Below the pieces are notes generated by a model that was not told the DNA's origin, did not search any database, and was given only the letters and a program-made list of their open reading frames with translations. DNA of 63,023 nt, counting the filler, from Collodictyon triciliatum (Eukaryota), in the NCBI GenBank assembly GCA_043381765.1. It is 23 parts of 23 records of this genome, joined end to end, with 100 filler letters (N's around TTAATTAATTAA, not from the genome) between each part and the next. Parts side by side here need not be neighbours in the genome. Positions count along the whole stretch, not along the records: positions 1 to 2,650 come from JBHJMP010008509.1; positions 2,751 to 5,400 come from JBHJMP010008510.1; positions 5,501 to 8,148 come from JBHJMP010008511.1; positions 8,249 to 10,896 come from JBHJMP010008512.1; positions 10,997 to 13,643 come from JBHJMP010008513.1; 18 more parts are not named here. The stretch is one strand, 5' to 3'. The stretch's first letter is position 1, and every line of letters starts with the position of its first letter. Made by a program: the position numbers and the translations under genes. Of this stretch, positions 1 to 13,278 are shown piece after piece.

Positions 1-68
1 TATGTATGTATGTATGTATGTATGTATGTATGTATGTATGTATGTATGTATGTATGTATGTATGTATG

Positions 69-97
<29 letters not shown>
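1..97. repeat. (TATG)n microsatellite at contig start
   Basis: Perfect tetranucleotide array; the ORF-track MYVC-repeat protein is an artefact of it. Confidence 0.97.
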
Positions 98-99
<2 letters not shown>

Positions 100-121
100 C
101 ATAGTGGGGGAACAGACATAC

Positions 122-1270
122 CGCAGAATGTACGTAGCGGGTTTTTGGAGATACAAACTGCTGCAGCATGTAAAAATACTTTTCATCAAAGTATATGGGT
201 TCTGTGACGATCTGGTACTTTTGGAACGGGTTCAACTCGCGCCGATACTTGATTGTTGCAGACCCAACCACGGGTGCAACCAATGTGTTTGTCTTTACAC
301 ACTGCATACCCCAGAGACATGCATTGTATTACGTAATCACACAGAAGATAAATCAAAGACATACTATCCACAAACGAGTTTATTTTCATTTCATATTTTT
401 GGATGGAATTCATTTGGTGATTTCAGTAAAAGATGAATGAAGCTAAACCTTCTCATAAAAGCCCGCACGCACAAACCAGTCAACACGAGCAAAATCCATA
501 TTATACAAGTAACTATCCGTGCGAGTAAAATATATTTTTTTAGAATGGGTAGACATTTTCCTTTCACGCGAGGGTATTAATAACGAAAATGCTTCACATT
601 AAACGAGGGGAAAGGTCTGCATGCGTCGATTGAGCCATGATATAATAATCAGAATTGCAAGCATTCCACTTTTTTCTTTTTTGAAAGGGAAGTCTTGCGG
701 CATGAGATTTTATTTCATTTTAAGAAAGGAAGAAATGTATTCATCTCCGTACCGACTATTATTCATGTGGAAAAACCAGTCAAGGTCGCCTGGAGTCACT
801 GTTTTGTCGAGGGTGCTTCCTTCCCACCAGTTGCGTAGGCTATAACCAATTGGAATTCATAAACAAGTGCAGAATCAGCTTCCTCTCTAGTCCAACTCTC
901 CCTCCATTTCACGCACTTGGAAAAAAGCGCGGCTCCCTTCTTCCGACATACCTCTGGTAAGATATCTCAGGCCGCACCAAGAGAGAAACAAATAACATGC
1001 ACAAGATATATGCAGGTAGAAAAAGAAGAGAAAGAAAGAAGAGGAAGAAAAAAGAGGAAGAAAAAAGAGGAAGAAAAAAGAAGAAGCGGCATTATGGTAC
1101 CGTGGCTTCCAATTGGACGAAAGAAAGACGCGCAATGTGCGGGCGCAATAGCCGATGATCGGAATGTTGTACATGGCAAAGGCGAGGATGACAGCCCACA
1201 AAGCTACAGGGTTGGTTAGGAAGCGGGTGAGTCCTTCGGCCGAGTCGGGCGACGCTGTTCCGGAAGCCAT
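122..1270 (-). CDS. THEM6: THEM6-like hot-dog-fold thioesterase, 4 exons, 3' partial
   Basis: Spliced GT-AG exons read MASGTASPDS...SSNWKPR|LRNWWEGSTLDKTVTPGDLDWFFHMNNSR|YLYNMDFARVDWFVRAGFYEK|CVKTNTLVAPVVGSATIKYRRELNPFQKYQIVTEPIYFDEKYFYMLQQFVS. DLDxxxHMNNxRY and YRRxL are THEM6/4HBT_2 motifs. Confidence 0.85.
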
Positions 1271-1831
1271 GCCACAAGCAAGGAGATGAGGCGCTTTTCC
1301 CGTCCTCTCGTGTCTGAGCCTCTACGACTCCTGCGAGTTTGGACAGTGTGAGGCAGAAGTGGGTTTGAGGAACTTGCGGCTGCCAAGCAGCGTGTGCGGG
1401 ACTAGGAATCGGATGTTGGAGAGGATGGCTGCAGAAACAGATGAAAAAAATGACGCAATTAGAATAGTCAATCAAATGCTGATTGTGGAATATATAATAT
1501 AATTTATATGATAGTTGCCGTTTTTAACGTGTCCACAATGATAGGTAATTCATTTTAGAATGGTATTTTATTCATAAGTGCTGATATACAAACCAAGGAG
1601 TGAATAGAAACTCTGTCTGATTCTGTCATAATTAATTATTTCATATGATATTAGTACAATATTTTGTTTATTTATACCAATTAATAAATGCTTGCTGCTC
1701 ACAAATGCTGTTTATGCATCAATTCCGCATTTAATCAATTAATCTGGAAGCCATTTCTGTCAACAGGCTTGTGTTTGCGTTTGTGGCGCCTTCTAGATGA
1801 ACCACTAATCAATGCGTGCCCTGCCTGACAG

Positions 1832-2521
1832 ATGCGTGGCGGCGAAGCCAACGCGAAGGATCGAAGAAACAAACACGGAAAGAAAGGCTCATACTCCCTG
1901 ATACTCCCTCGCCGAGAGGCTCAAATATGCTGACCACTCTTGCACGGAAGGACGCGGCCTCCGCTCCGGGACAGTGGACCAACCCAGCGACGAGTCGGGC
2001 TGCTTTGGTTGTTGCGGCTGCCGGTTTCTCCAAGCACGAGTAGACTCCTTTGCCCGCTTCACAAAGTATCTTTGCAGCTGCTTCTGCCCGTGGTTCGTGG
2101 ACAATCCATACCAGCAGATGCGCCCCGAGAGCAGACCAGTCTATGATGACGCCCGCGTCGACCAGTCCTTCGTCAACAAAGGCTTGTGCTCTTTCTTTCT
2201 TTCTTTCTCTCTTTGTACACCTGGCTCAAAGGGTCATGCCCGTGTTACACTTATAGGCTTGCTAGCATGGGAGGAAGGACGGCAGAAGTGGACAAGCCTT
2301 CCAAACAGCACACAGCGGTTTGCATTTTCACATTAATGAAACACTCATTCATTTATTATTTTGCATATTTTTGCCCCTTTTTTATTCCGCCTGCTTCATC
2401 CCATCTAAAATACACAATTTATAGAAAAAAGCTCCGGCCGTTCACCAGCGACCAAATCGACGTCCTCAATGATGACCTTTGTACACGCGACGTGCTCACC
2501 GAGAAGGCACCTCTCAACGAG
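1832..2521 (+). CDS. Hypothetical Cys-cluster protein, 3' partial, apparent frameshift at 1891-1909
   Basis: GC-rich exon encoding SDESGCFGCCGCRF...KYLCSCFCPWF, plus a second exon at about 2425-2521. It joins ATG 1832 only if a 10-nt duplication is removed. Confidence 0.4.
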
Positions 2522-2650
2522 GTTAACAAAAAAAAAAAAAACAGAAAAACAGAAAAACAGAAAAAAAAAACAAAAAACCAAAACCAAAACCAAAAAAAAA
2601 GAAAAAAAACAAAAACAAAAACAAAAACAAGAACAAACAAAGAAAAAAAA

Positions 2651-2750
2651 NNNNNNNNNNNNNNNNNNNNNNNNNNNNNNNNNNNNNNNNNNNNTTAATT
2701 AATTAANNNNNNNNNNNNNNNNNNNNNNNNNNNNNNNNNNNNNNNNNNNN
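2651..2750. other. Artificial contig linker N44-TTAATTAATTAA-N44 (first of 22)
   Basis: Identical 100-bp linkers with stops in all six frames start at 2651, 5401, 8149, 10897, 13644, 16391, 19138, 21886, 24632, 27377, 30121, 32865, 35609, 38353, 41096, 43838, 46581, 49322, 52062, 54803, 57543 and 60283. Confidence 0.99.
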
Positions 2751-2973
2751 TTATTATTATTGTTATTATTGTTATTATTATTGTTATTATTATTGTTATT
2801 ATTATTGTTATTATTATTGTTATTATTATTGTTATTGTTATTGTTATTGTTATTGTTATTGTTATTATTATTGTTATTATTATTGTTATTGTTATTGTTA
2901 TTGTTATTGTTATTGTTATTGTTATTGTTATTGTTATTGTTATTGTTATTGTTATTGTTATTGTTATTGTTAT
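2751..2973. repeat. (TTA/TTG)n compound microsatellite
   Basis: Direct reading; the poly-Leu ORF is an artefact. Confidence 0.95.
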
Positions 2974-2998
2974 TTTTTATACCTAATACTCTATACAG

Positions 2999-5250
2999 AG
3001 TCTAACGTTTGCATGTAAGTGATATCTTCCCAATCGATTTGAACATTTAGACGATCCTGACGCAAAGAGACCAGCCTTTATCAACACTACTCCTGCCTTT
3101 GAGTCCTCTGCAGAACCAGTCGAGGAAGTAGACGAAGATCTTCTCCCTGTGATTTCGCCATTTGCGAAGAGAAAGGAAAAGCAAGATGGAAAGAGAACTT
3201 GTCCTTACCTCGATACGATCAATCGTGCTGTTTTAGATTTCGATTTTGAGAAGGTATTTCAAATGAACCATGTTTGCATGGCGTCTTCGTTTCAATATAT
3301 GTACCATAATTTCACGTTTCACGTGGCATTGTAATATATATAGCTGTGCTCTGTATCTCTTTCAAATCTCAATGTCTATGCTTGTCTTGTCTGCGGCAAA
3401 TACTTCCAAGGTTGGTTTATTTATGGTATATATATTCTAATACATGTCGTCTAGCTTGTTTTTATTTACAAGCACTCTGCTTTAATACTGATATATATAT
3501 ATGTGCTTTCGTTCTCTTTGTTCTATTTTCCCTTCTTTTTTCCGTCTTATTTTCATTTTTCATTTTTCATTTTTCATTTTTCATTTTTCATTTTTCATTT
3601 TTTTTTTCATACATCACATTTCAAATCTAGGAAGAGGGAGACATTCTCATGCGTATTTCCACGCACTTCATTGTGGACATCAAGTTTTCATGAATTTGAA
3701 CTCATCAAAGTTTTACTGTCTTCCTGATGACTATGAAATCATAGACTCTTCCCTTGACGATATTAAAGTAGCATTATTTTATATATATATGTGTGTGTGG
3801 TTTACCTTGTATAATAGTAGTCCTTACAATTACTGTGTTGCCACAGTACTGTTTGAATCCGACCTTCACCGAACTTCAAATAGCCCAGTTTGATACTGTG
3901 CCACGTTTCACTCGTGCCCAAGATGGTTCTGAGGTTCACCTTTTATTTTTTAAGACAGCATATATGCAAATAAAACATGTAGCCAATTTTTAATCGCCGA
4001 TGGAGTAATGCCTGCTTCATCACTGCATAAAATCTATTCGTGGACTGCTGATAATTCATTACCAGAAAATGCGCCTTCTTTTCGAAATTTAATCGTGTAT
4101 GATACCGTTATATAACCCATTAGTACCTTCCCGGTGTTGTGGGATTGAATAACATCAAATCCACAGATTATCTCAACGTTATTATACAGGTATTTAGAAA
4201 TTTTATTCAGGCATTTTATATAATTTATTCACATCGTTTAGCACGAATCCTATTTATTATGTCTCACTACTATTTGTATTATACTTTTGTTTAAGAAAGA
4301 ACAATTCCAGTGCTCTTAAAATATATGTAAATAGGCCTTGAACAGAGCATCCGAATTTCGAAATTTCTTTGTGCGTGGGAAGGGTATTTCACAAGTATGT
4401 TGAAGGAGTGGATAATATGTTCGCACTATAATGGTCGCACATGAGTGTCCTTAAATAACTTTTTTTTCTCTTTTCTCTTCTTATTTTTCTGTTATGTAAC
4501 TGTCTATCTCCGTAGTCAACGAATCTCGTGAAATGTTTTGCAGAGCTAGGTTGGTTCGAATTTTAAGCATATTGAAGTTGAAATATTTAGACTTGTTAAA
4601 ATTATTGGTTGAAGATGGAAAAAAAATGTTGAAATCTATTAACATTTATAACAATGACCATGGGTATAATCGTCTAGTTCGAAAGATATGGAATCCTCGC
4701 AATTTCCGAAGCCATGTCAGCCCTCACGAACTCCTCCAGGTATTGTATTCCTAAGCTCTTAGTGCTCCTCATGCTATTCTGATAAAAAAATGAAGCAAGA
4801 ATTTTTTTTAAAAGAAAAAAAACTGGATGGCCATGAGAGTGATTTGACGTACTTTGTGGAATTATAAGCAATATCATTCGGCAAGGTCAATTCCAGCTGA
4901 TTAAGCCATTTGTAATCAAATGAATTCCTAGCTTCAAAAATAAAATGGCATGCTTTCTTCATTTAGGCCATCACAATATCCAGTGGGAAGAAATACAGTT
5001 TTGGTGCTCAAAGGTTAAACTTTATGATATGGAACTTTAACTAATGTATACATCAGCAGGGGGAAACACCCGTCATTATTATATGTAGACATTCCACTAG
5101 AAGAGTTTCTGAAGAGTTAAGACATACAATGATAGATATTAATGCTTATCCCTGAACTGGATATGTATATTAGTGACCCCATCGAGTTCCTTTCGTGGCT
5201 GCTGAACACTATCCATAAAGATATTGGAGGAACGAGGGCTCCTAACAGTA
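2999..5250 (+). CDS. USP39: U4/U6.U5 tri-snRNP protein USP39/Sad1, internal multi-exon fragment
   Basis: Exons give CPYLDTINRAVLDFDFEK|LCSVSLSNLNVYACLVCGKYFQG|RGRHSHAYFH...KFYCLPDDYEIIDSSLDDIK|YCLNPTF...|YLPGVVGLNNIK...|LVRKIWNPRNFRSHVSPHELLQ|...DPIEFLSWLLNTIH (ZnF-UBP plus inactive USP domain). Confidence 0.96.
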
Positions 5251-5308
5251 GTATGTATCATGCTTTTCAAATATTACATCTCCTTAACTGGGAATCAACT
5301 AAATTTTG

Positions 5309-5400
<92 letters not shown>

Positions 5401-6277
5401 NNNNNNNNNNNNNNNNNNNNNNNNNNNNNNNNNNNNNNNNNNNNTTAATTAATTAANNNNNNNNNNNNNNNNNNNNNNNNNNNNNNNNNNNNNNNNNNNN
5501 TTTTTTTCTCTGTTTCTTTCTTTCCTTTTTGTTTTTCCCCTCCCCCCAAAACCCAAAACCCCCCCCCCCCTGGGGGGGGGGGGGGGGGGGTCACTATCTG
5601 TACATAGCTCATTTTTTTCCAGGAGGCGAAGGCAGTTTTCTCTACTATTTTGGGTCCTGTACTACAAAAAAAAACCGAAAATTGTATGATACATCCTTGA
5701 CCGTACCTTCGGTCCCTTTGTTCCTTGTAAAAGTTGTTTTCCAGCTAGTCGATTCTAAACCAACAGGTAAATGTGAGGAATTTTCGTACCTTCTATGATA
5801 TTTTGACTCAATGTCGGGTGAACAAAATGATAATATTTTGCCTCCTCATTATTGTATTCATGTAAATTTCTCCCTTAGATTTGGGATGAACTCGGGAAAT
5901 CTTATCAAGTGTGCGTGTGGGGCAGTAACTGTTTCTCTAATTGTGCGATGACGATTAAGTTGCTGCAATCTTCCCTCTGAGCGATGGATGCCCAACAATC
6001 AGTTTTCAATTCGGAGGACGAAGAATTTTCTGAAAATGATTTTTTTTCAGAAATAACACAAAATTCTCAATTTCAGGAGGTTTTTAGCAATTGTTTGTCT
6101 TATTTCCTCAATTACATCATAGGAAAATTCTTCGTCATCAGAGTAACCACGACGCATGCGAATGCTGAATCCATGTTAATAATTGTGCGTGGGGACGAAA
6201 TTTCTTGTGGAACACTACCTGCTAAACTTGTATTTACTCACGATTCTAGGTACTTTCCATACAGCACTCACTAAGCT

Positions 6278-7446
6278 ATGAAAAAATTTCGTCTTGTTAT
6301 CGGATTAGCTTTCATTTTTGGTTTGCATTCTTGGGAGTGCGCAAAGTGGGATTTTGCTAACGTGAGTGGCATACGATTTGAAACTGTATTTTCCCTGTTT
6401 CATCAACACTAAATAATTAAAAATTTTGTACTTGCGGTTTTAGCCAGAGCACAGTTTTACTGCAAGAAACAGTACCATGTTGTACAATCAATATAAGTGT
6501 TCAAAGCACCAGAAAATGGGTTTACACTTCAGCTTTTATACGTCAGCATATGTGATTAGAGAATGCGGCAAGAGTAGGCCCTATAGATTTTGAGTAAAAT
6601 CGAAATCCTTATGCAGGAAAAACAGAAGGAGGCTGGATGACTTGTTTAACTCCTAGCCTGGACGAAGACAGTATAGTATACAGCTTTGGCCTCGGTAGTG
6701 ACCCTGCCTTTGATCTAGCGGTAATCGAGAATATTGGAAGTCCTGTGCATGCGTTTGATCCCACCCCTACAGGAGTTGAATGTTATCAAAATACACGGTA
6801 AAGATTTACATTGTGCACTATGTCTAGCCCAAGATTAACTCAAACGGACAGAGATAAACCGACTCAGTGGATCTTTCACCCTTGGGGGCTATACGGCTCC
6901 GACGGAAATGTCAGTTTCAAAGTGCCAGGGAAGGGAAATAACCAATTTGGGATTGACAACATTCATGCACCAGACGGAGAGCACTACATTGAATTGCCAG
7001 TGTATGTAGACGGAGTGTTCGTGTCTTGCAGTTTATTAATCAATTTAATTTAGGTACCGACTATCAACCATAATGAAAAAGTTAGGCCATACCCACATAG
7101 ACATATGCAAGGTTGACATCGAAGGGAGCGAATGGAAGATATTGGACGACATCATAGATAATAAGATCAACATTGGGCAATTCTTTGTAGAATTTCACTT
7201 CTTTGACTTCGACACTGCTGACAATTACTCCAAAATGGTACATATATATATATTAAATAAGGAGCTGTAGCGGGAAATCGCTCATTGTATTCTGTTTAGG
7301 TGACGGAGTACATCATAAAACTCAACAGCATTGGACTGCGTTGGTTCCACAAGAACCCAATAAGATCCCTTGTATCTCGAGGTGCCGACGGAAAAGTACT
7401 CCGGGCATATTACTACGTTGAATACAGCTTCGTTAAAGTCATATGA
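6278..7446 (+). CDS. FkbM/Methyltransf_22 (METTL24-like) SAM-dependent methyltransferase with N-terminal hydrophobic signal, 6 exons, complete
   Basis: MKKFRLVIGLAFIFGL...; GGWMTCL, IVYSFGLGSDPAFD, VHAFDPTP, IMKKLGHTHIDICKVDIEGSEW, QFFVEFH, VEYSFVKVI-TGA; canonical GT-AG introns. Confidence 0.88.
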
Positions 7447-7870
7447 TTTTGAAACCATATAGATAATTCAAATAAAAAGGGAATAATACAAATATGACTA
7501 AGAAAAGATTCCATCTCCCCCAGAAACAGGAAACATCGACTATAAATACAATGATATTATTTAGTTTAGATATCTTCTATATTGCAAAAACGGATAAAAT
7601 AAGGAAGCAGATATCGCGTGCACCCATACCTATAATGACATTGCATTCGTATTTTTGCGTTAATGGGATGAAGTTGATCGGTGATGGCCAGGTATGTCAT
7701 GGTGCCAGAGAAAGAGAACATTAATGCTAAGGAGTATGTGTGAGACCAATAATTGTGCGAGTATGATAGGCGTGGGTGTGATATGCAAATATGGCATATG
7801 TATGAAATAGAGGACAAGTATGTTAAGGTGTCATTGTGTCGGGGTCAGGCTTTAGCACAGATATGATGTC

Positions 7871-8148
7871 ATGTCCTCTTTCGGCACGCGCCTATTGAAA
7901 GATACAACCTGAGACCGGTCGAAGGCTTTGCAAGTTGCAGCCAGTTCTTCTGGTTCCAACGCTGGTGCGGAAAAACCCCGAGTTGCACGTAAGTCAAGGA
8001 AGCCGCCTGCAAGTCTGTCTGATCGGACAGTATTTTTACACGGGGTCGAGCAAGTCGTTTACAACAAGAACAAGGCCCGCAGGCTCACAGATGCGCTCGC
8101 CTCCTTCTTGAAAGCGAACAAGCTTTGGGAAGAGTCCATCCAATTGCA
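7871..8148 (+). mobile_element. Possible decayed ORF1 N-terminus of a non-LTR retrotransposon
   Basis: Intronless GC-richer frame from ATG 7871 with one TGA (7910-7912), a basic low-complexity stretch, then RTVFLHGV. The contig ends without a microsatellite. Confidence 0.25.
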
Positions 8149-8266
8149 NNNNNNNNNNNNNNNNNNNNNNNNNNNNNNNNNNNNNNNNNNNNTTAATTAA
8201 TTAANNNNNNNNNNNNNNNNNNNNNNNNNNNNNNNNNNNNNNNNNNNNATAATCATAATAATAATC

Positions 8267-8349
<83 letters not shown>

Positions 8350-8362
8350 CTGAAACTCGCAG

Positions 8363-9823
8363 GAGTGATAGACTGACAGAAATACTTGACAATGTTGACA
8401 ATTGGAATTTCGATATTGTTGAATTCAATCAACTCGTTGATGGTAACAAAAGACACTAAATTACTAAATGAATATTTGATGTTGGCGCACATGTACGTGA
8501 AGGTCATTATGTATTCGAGGATGAACCTCCCTGTTCAACTAAACTTGAGGCTAATTTGTGTATCTCGATTCGAAAAGGACACGCACTTTATGTATTGGGC
8601 TCCTTTTTAATGAATCGATATGGCTTCACGACAGAATATGGGATTAGCGATGAGGTGATTTGTTGTGTATCGTATCGTGATATGACTTTCTCTTTATTCT
8701 TTTTTTATTCTTTTTTTTTTTTTACGCATAACATACACGATATTAATACTCCTGGTGGCCATGGTGTTTCCTTTTCATATTAATCATGAAACAAAAGGTA
8801 TTGAAAAAGTTCATGGCAAGTATCGAAGAAGGCTATGTAGATACTCCATACCACAATGCTCTTCACGCTGCAGATGTTTTGCAATCTTTTAATAGCCTTA
8901 TATGTCGCGGTGGTCTAATCGAGTATGTTTTCTTCTGTTGTATTACGTTGTTGTATTTTTGTTTCTTTATTTTTGTTTCTTTATTTTTGTTTCTTTACTT
9001 TGTCTCTTTATTAGAGAATATATCCCAAAAAACAACTAAATCACAACTTCCACTCATGTTTTCGATTATTCAGCATTTTAGAGCCTGCTGAAGTATTTTC
9101 GTGTCTCTTTGCAAGCATCATCCACGATTTCAAACACCCTGGAGTAAACAACAATTTCTTGATTAGCATTGAAGATTCTCTCGCAATCCGATTTAATGAT
9201 ATTTCTGTAAGATTATCCTCGGCATTCAGTAGAAAGACGAATGTTATTATTATATCATGACAATATCATACCTTTGTAATAAAATAATTATTCATAATAT
9301 TTATGTATCCAACATGAAATCATCACAATTTATTATTAAATGACATTCTGCTGATGGTCTGTAAAAAAGGTATTGGAAAACTATCATGTTTCTGAAGCTT
9401 TCAAATTGATGACAGACGAGAGTCACGCAATATTCAAAAACATTCCAAAGGACATGTAACTTTTCAATCATTTTATATCATATTGTAAATTATTTTTCTC
9501 CCACATACAACGGGGTGTTCCTAATACTTCATACATTCACGAAGTAGAATTGATCATGATATTTTATATAAAAAAGTTGATAAAAATAATACAAAGTTAT
9601 TCTTCTTTTAAAATCGAAAATTGTACCGAATTCAGAAAAAAGAAGATTCGTAAACTGACTATCGAGCTCGTTCTGGCTACCGATATGTCGAAGCATGCTG
9701 ATATTATGGGTGCCCTAAAGAACTCCTATAGTGTCGGAGGTAACATAATTTTCTTCAATGGCTTATGAAATGAAGCTAGAGAAAATATTGTTGCTCAGCC
9801 GCACATCTTCTCTTATATCTCTT

Positions 9824-9867
<44 letters not shown>

Positions 9868-10559
9868 TTTCTGCTTTTTATAATACCCTTTGTTTCTTTT
9901 CCTCTTAATTCTTTATATAAATATACGCTTATCATGTGATGCTCTACCAAGACCACCTTCGCCATTATATCCCCCGGAAAGTGCAAATAGTCTATTTTTT
10001 ACAACGTTTTCTGTTTCGATGACGATTTGTAAATATCACGAATCTACCAGAACTGAACGGAGCCACAATCGACAGCCGCATGTTGCTTATGAAAATGGCT
10101 GTAAAACTTTCGGATGTGTCGAACCCAGCCAAACCACCCCACATTGCCCAGGAATGGACGCGTCGCATCACAGACGAATTCTATAATCAGGTTCATCATA
10201 GAGCCTCTCTGTCTTTCTTATCCTTAAAAAGAAAGTATGAAGCAAAGTAAAGAGGGGGGAAAGCAGTGGAAAGAATGAGGGATAAGGAGAAATTTGTTGG
10301 AGAGAGGTCGCTGTTTTGGCGTAGATGAAAGATATTGATAAAATGCAAACACATAAACACTCAGGGAGACCAGGAAAAGGAGCGCACACTCCCCATCAGC
10401 CCCTTCATGGACCGCACCGCCCCAGTTATTCCAAAGTCTCAAATCGGCTTCATCTCCTTCGTTGTCCTGCCGCTGGCTGAGCTGTGGCATTCCGCGCTCT
10501 CCACTGGCGAAGAAAGCCTTCAGAATCTCGCTGCAAACCTCGACTATTGGCGAGCAAAA
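8363..10559 (+). CDS. Class I 3',5'-cyclic nucleotide phosphodiesterase catalytic domain, partial
   Basis: WNFDI, PYHNALHAADVLQ, IIHDFKHPGVNNNFL, VLENYH, LVLATDMSKH, KLSDVSNP, DEFYNQ|GDQEK, PFMDR, SQIGFI across GT-AG exons. Confidence 0.96.
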
Positions 10560-10751
10560 GTTCGCCTTAACTTTTCTTTTTTTTCTTTTTTTTCTTTTTT
10601 TTCTTTTTTTTCTTTTTTTCTTTTTTTCTTTTTTTCTTTTTTTCTTTTTTTCTTTTTTTCTTTTTTTTTTTTTTTTTTTTTTTTTTCTTTTTTTTCTTTT
10701 TTTTCTTTTTTTCTTTTTTTCTTTTTTTCTTTTTTTCTTTTTTTCTTTTTT

Positions 10752-10815
<64 letters not shown>

Positions 10816-11077
10816 TTTTCTTTCTTTCTTTCTTTCTTTCTTTTTTCTTTTTTTCTTTTTTTTCTTTTTTTCTTTTTTTCTTTTTTTCTTTTTTTCNNNN
10901 NNNNNNNNNNNNNNNNNNNNNNNNNNNNNNNNNNNNNNNNTTAATTAATTAANNNNNNNNNNNNNNNNNNNNNNNNNNNNNNNNNNNNNNNNNNNNTAAA
11001 GGACTATTTATGACATTTCTTTTTCTCTTCGCCTGAGGTTGCTGTATTTGATATGCTGAACTATCATGAACTGACAG

Positions 11078-11158
11078 GACGTTGTCACAATTGCACGTCG
11101 ATTCGATACAGAAGGAAAAGGCTTTGTTCCATACAACGAGGTCCTATCACATCTCTGA
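11078..11158 (+). CDS. Terminal exon of an EF-hand-like protein
   Basis: After a CAG acceptor: DVVTIARRFDTEGKGFVPYNEVLSHL-TGA, an EF-hand-like loop DxxGxGxVxYxE. Confidence 0.5.
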   Translation, partial: DVVTIARRFDTEGKGFVPYNEVLSHL

Positions 11159-11568
11159 GAGTGTACACGCTACAAGATAACATAAAGCACAAAGAAAATA
11201 AACCGATTCCCTTTCTGTTGTCACAATTGTTTAACTCGATTTTCGGTACTCTCACGAGAAAAAGAAGAAAAATTCGTAATAAAACTGTTATTACGATTGT
11301 TCTTTGTATTTTTGATTGATTGATTGATTGCTTGCTTCGCTGTGTCCTCGGCTATTCGTTAATCCTCCATTTATACATAGCGGAAATACACAATGAAATG
11401 ACTAGGTGCGATGGTCATCATACCAAGCCATTTTGTGAGAGATTACAAAGTAAACCACTGCTATAGCTGCGATTGCTCACTTCACATTGATTTATTTGGA
11501 GGTTTTGTTAACAACCATTCAGCTGCACTCCAGCACGACAGATGCGGTGTTCTTTCCGCATCGGACAA

Positions 11569-13278
11569 TCAGCGGTCGGCTACCACACCGACCCGTGTAT
11601 ACCTGGCCTCAAAGAAGAGTGCCCAGTTCTCCAGCGTATTCAACTGGCGAGCATCGAGGCCAGTCAAGTCGGCCGTAATCTATATGACCGATTGAGAAGA
11701 TATGTTGCCCCAGAAGAAAAAGTAAGAGAAGAGAAAGAAGCCTTCTACTGAAATAAACGCGGTTACAACAGCGAACGACTTACGTCCTGTTCATCAGCAG
11801 ACATCAAAGCAAAGCCACGACTTCCATCCCTTCCTGCGTACATGCTATATGCACCGCCAGGGGCATAATTGGGCGATGATGTTACATCATACACAACTCC
11901 CTGTGATGAAGATTAATTTTTGTGTGTGTGATTGTGGGGCGCATTGTGAGAGTAAAGCGAGCAGGGTTAGAGCTTTCTGATAGTGCTCAATTCCATTATC
12001 TGCATGGGTTAACAAATATAATCATTCACAAAGAAACGTGCAATCATCCTTCGAATAACAAATATCCTTTGTGAATAGAGGAAAAAGTGTAAAAAGTGTA
12101 TGTTAACATGCATAGTGGAATAGAATAATTTTTTTTTAAAAAAAGCACGCTCGACTCAAAGAGTACCTTTATAGCTAGATAAACAGGGAATCCAGGGATT
12201 TTTCCAGAGTAGTTTGCAAGCTCTGCAGAGGTAAAGCATCTATGGACAGATGAGCCTGCATCTCCACCAGAATACTCACCCGAGGAGGACTGTGTGGCTC
12301 TGGGGTATGGCTTATTCGTCTCTGCTGGAGGCACGGGTGAGCTCTGCTTTGCACTGCTTGCGTCTGTGATACGGCGGAGTCTTGTGAAGTCTCCAAGGGC
12401 ACAGAACATGTACCATGCAAAGAGGACTGCTTTGCCGAGTCCGCTGCCCAAGGTTTGCTTTGGCCAGAGAAGACGGATTCTCTTTCCAATCAAGACTTGG
12501 ATATACACCGTCACTGCCAATCGGGTGTAATTAAGGAGCCCAAATGACGCCGGGTTTGATTCTATTACTTTAGGATGATGATATCATTTATGTGCGCATA
12601 GAGAGCGTTAGTAAGATTTGTGTTATATAGAAAAAAGTCACTGAGAAAATTACCATAGTATTTCTCATTATACACACAAGAACATATTTTTCCCCCTTCA
12701 TTCGATACAAAATACACACAAACATATTGATATTCTTCCATGATTAATATTATTTTTTCTTTTTTCTTTTTAGAAATAAAAAAGTTAAAACAGAGAAAAT
12801 TGGGCTATGTCAATATGAGCATGAATGAACCAGGATATCTGAAATATCCGATGCCGCTTTTATCTTACTGTGTATGCCTTTGCCAAGCGGAGTTTTCAAC
12901 AAAACAACTCGGAGCACTTTCCACGGGAAAGAGAATATGGAGTTTGATACTGTAAAGAATATATTTTTTGAAAATGTCAGAAGTTAGTTGTATGTGTGTT
13001 GCTCACAGACAAAGTGTAGCAGGTTGAGTAGAATTGTAACTCGAAAAAAAAAAAGAAAGAAAAGCGCCCGGGTGTCCTCTGTTTTCCAACTCGATGGAAG
13101 GCATGTTGGCATTGTGCGAGGCACTTCTACATGCAAGGTGAAAAATAGAAAGGGATATAGAGAAGAAAAAAAAAAAAAGAGAGGGAGAGAGAGGAAGGAA
13201 GAGAGGGAGAGAGCGGAAGCGAAGGGGAAATATAACAAGGAAGGTAGGAAAGAAAATACCTCTAGTTGCTTTGTCCAT
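11569..13278 (-). CDS. Cytochrome b5-like heme/steroid-binding (MAPR family) protein, 5 coding exons, complete
   Basis: MDKATR|...|FTSAELANYSGKIPGFPVYLAIK|GVVYDVTSSPNYAPGGAYSMYAGRDGSRGFA...|ITADLTGLDARQLNTLENWALFFEARYTRVG...TGA. Confidence 0.9.
12689..12711 (-). mobile_element. Degenerate short retroposed insertion, family A
   Basis: Reverse complement resembles TTTGAATCGAATAAAGGG(A)n; flanked by ATACACACAA(GA)ACATATT repeats at 12670-12688 and 12712-12728. Confidence 0.55.

Noticed and set aside
1812-1976. Selenocysteine readthrough of TGA 1899
   Set aside because: No selenoprotein motif is visible, and the TGA is created by the local duplication.
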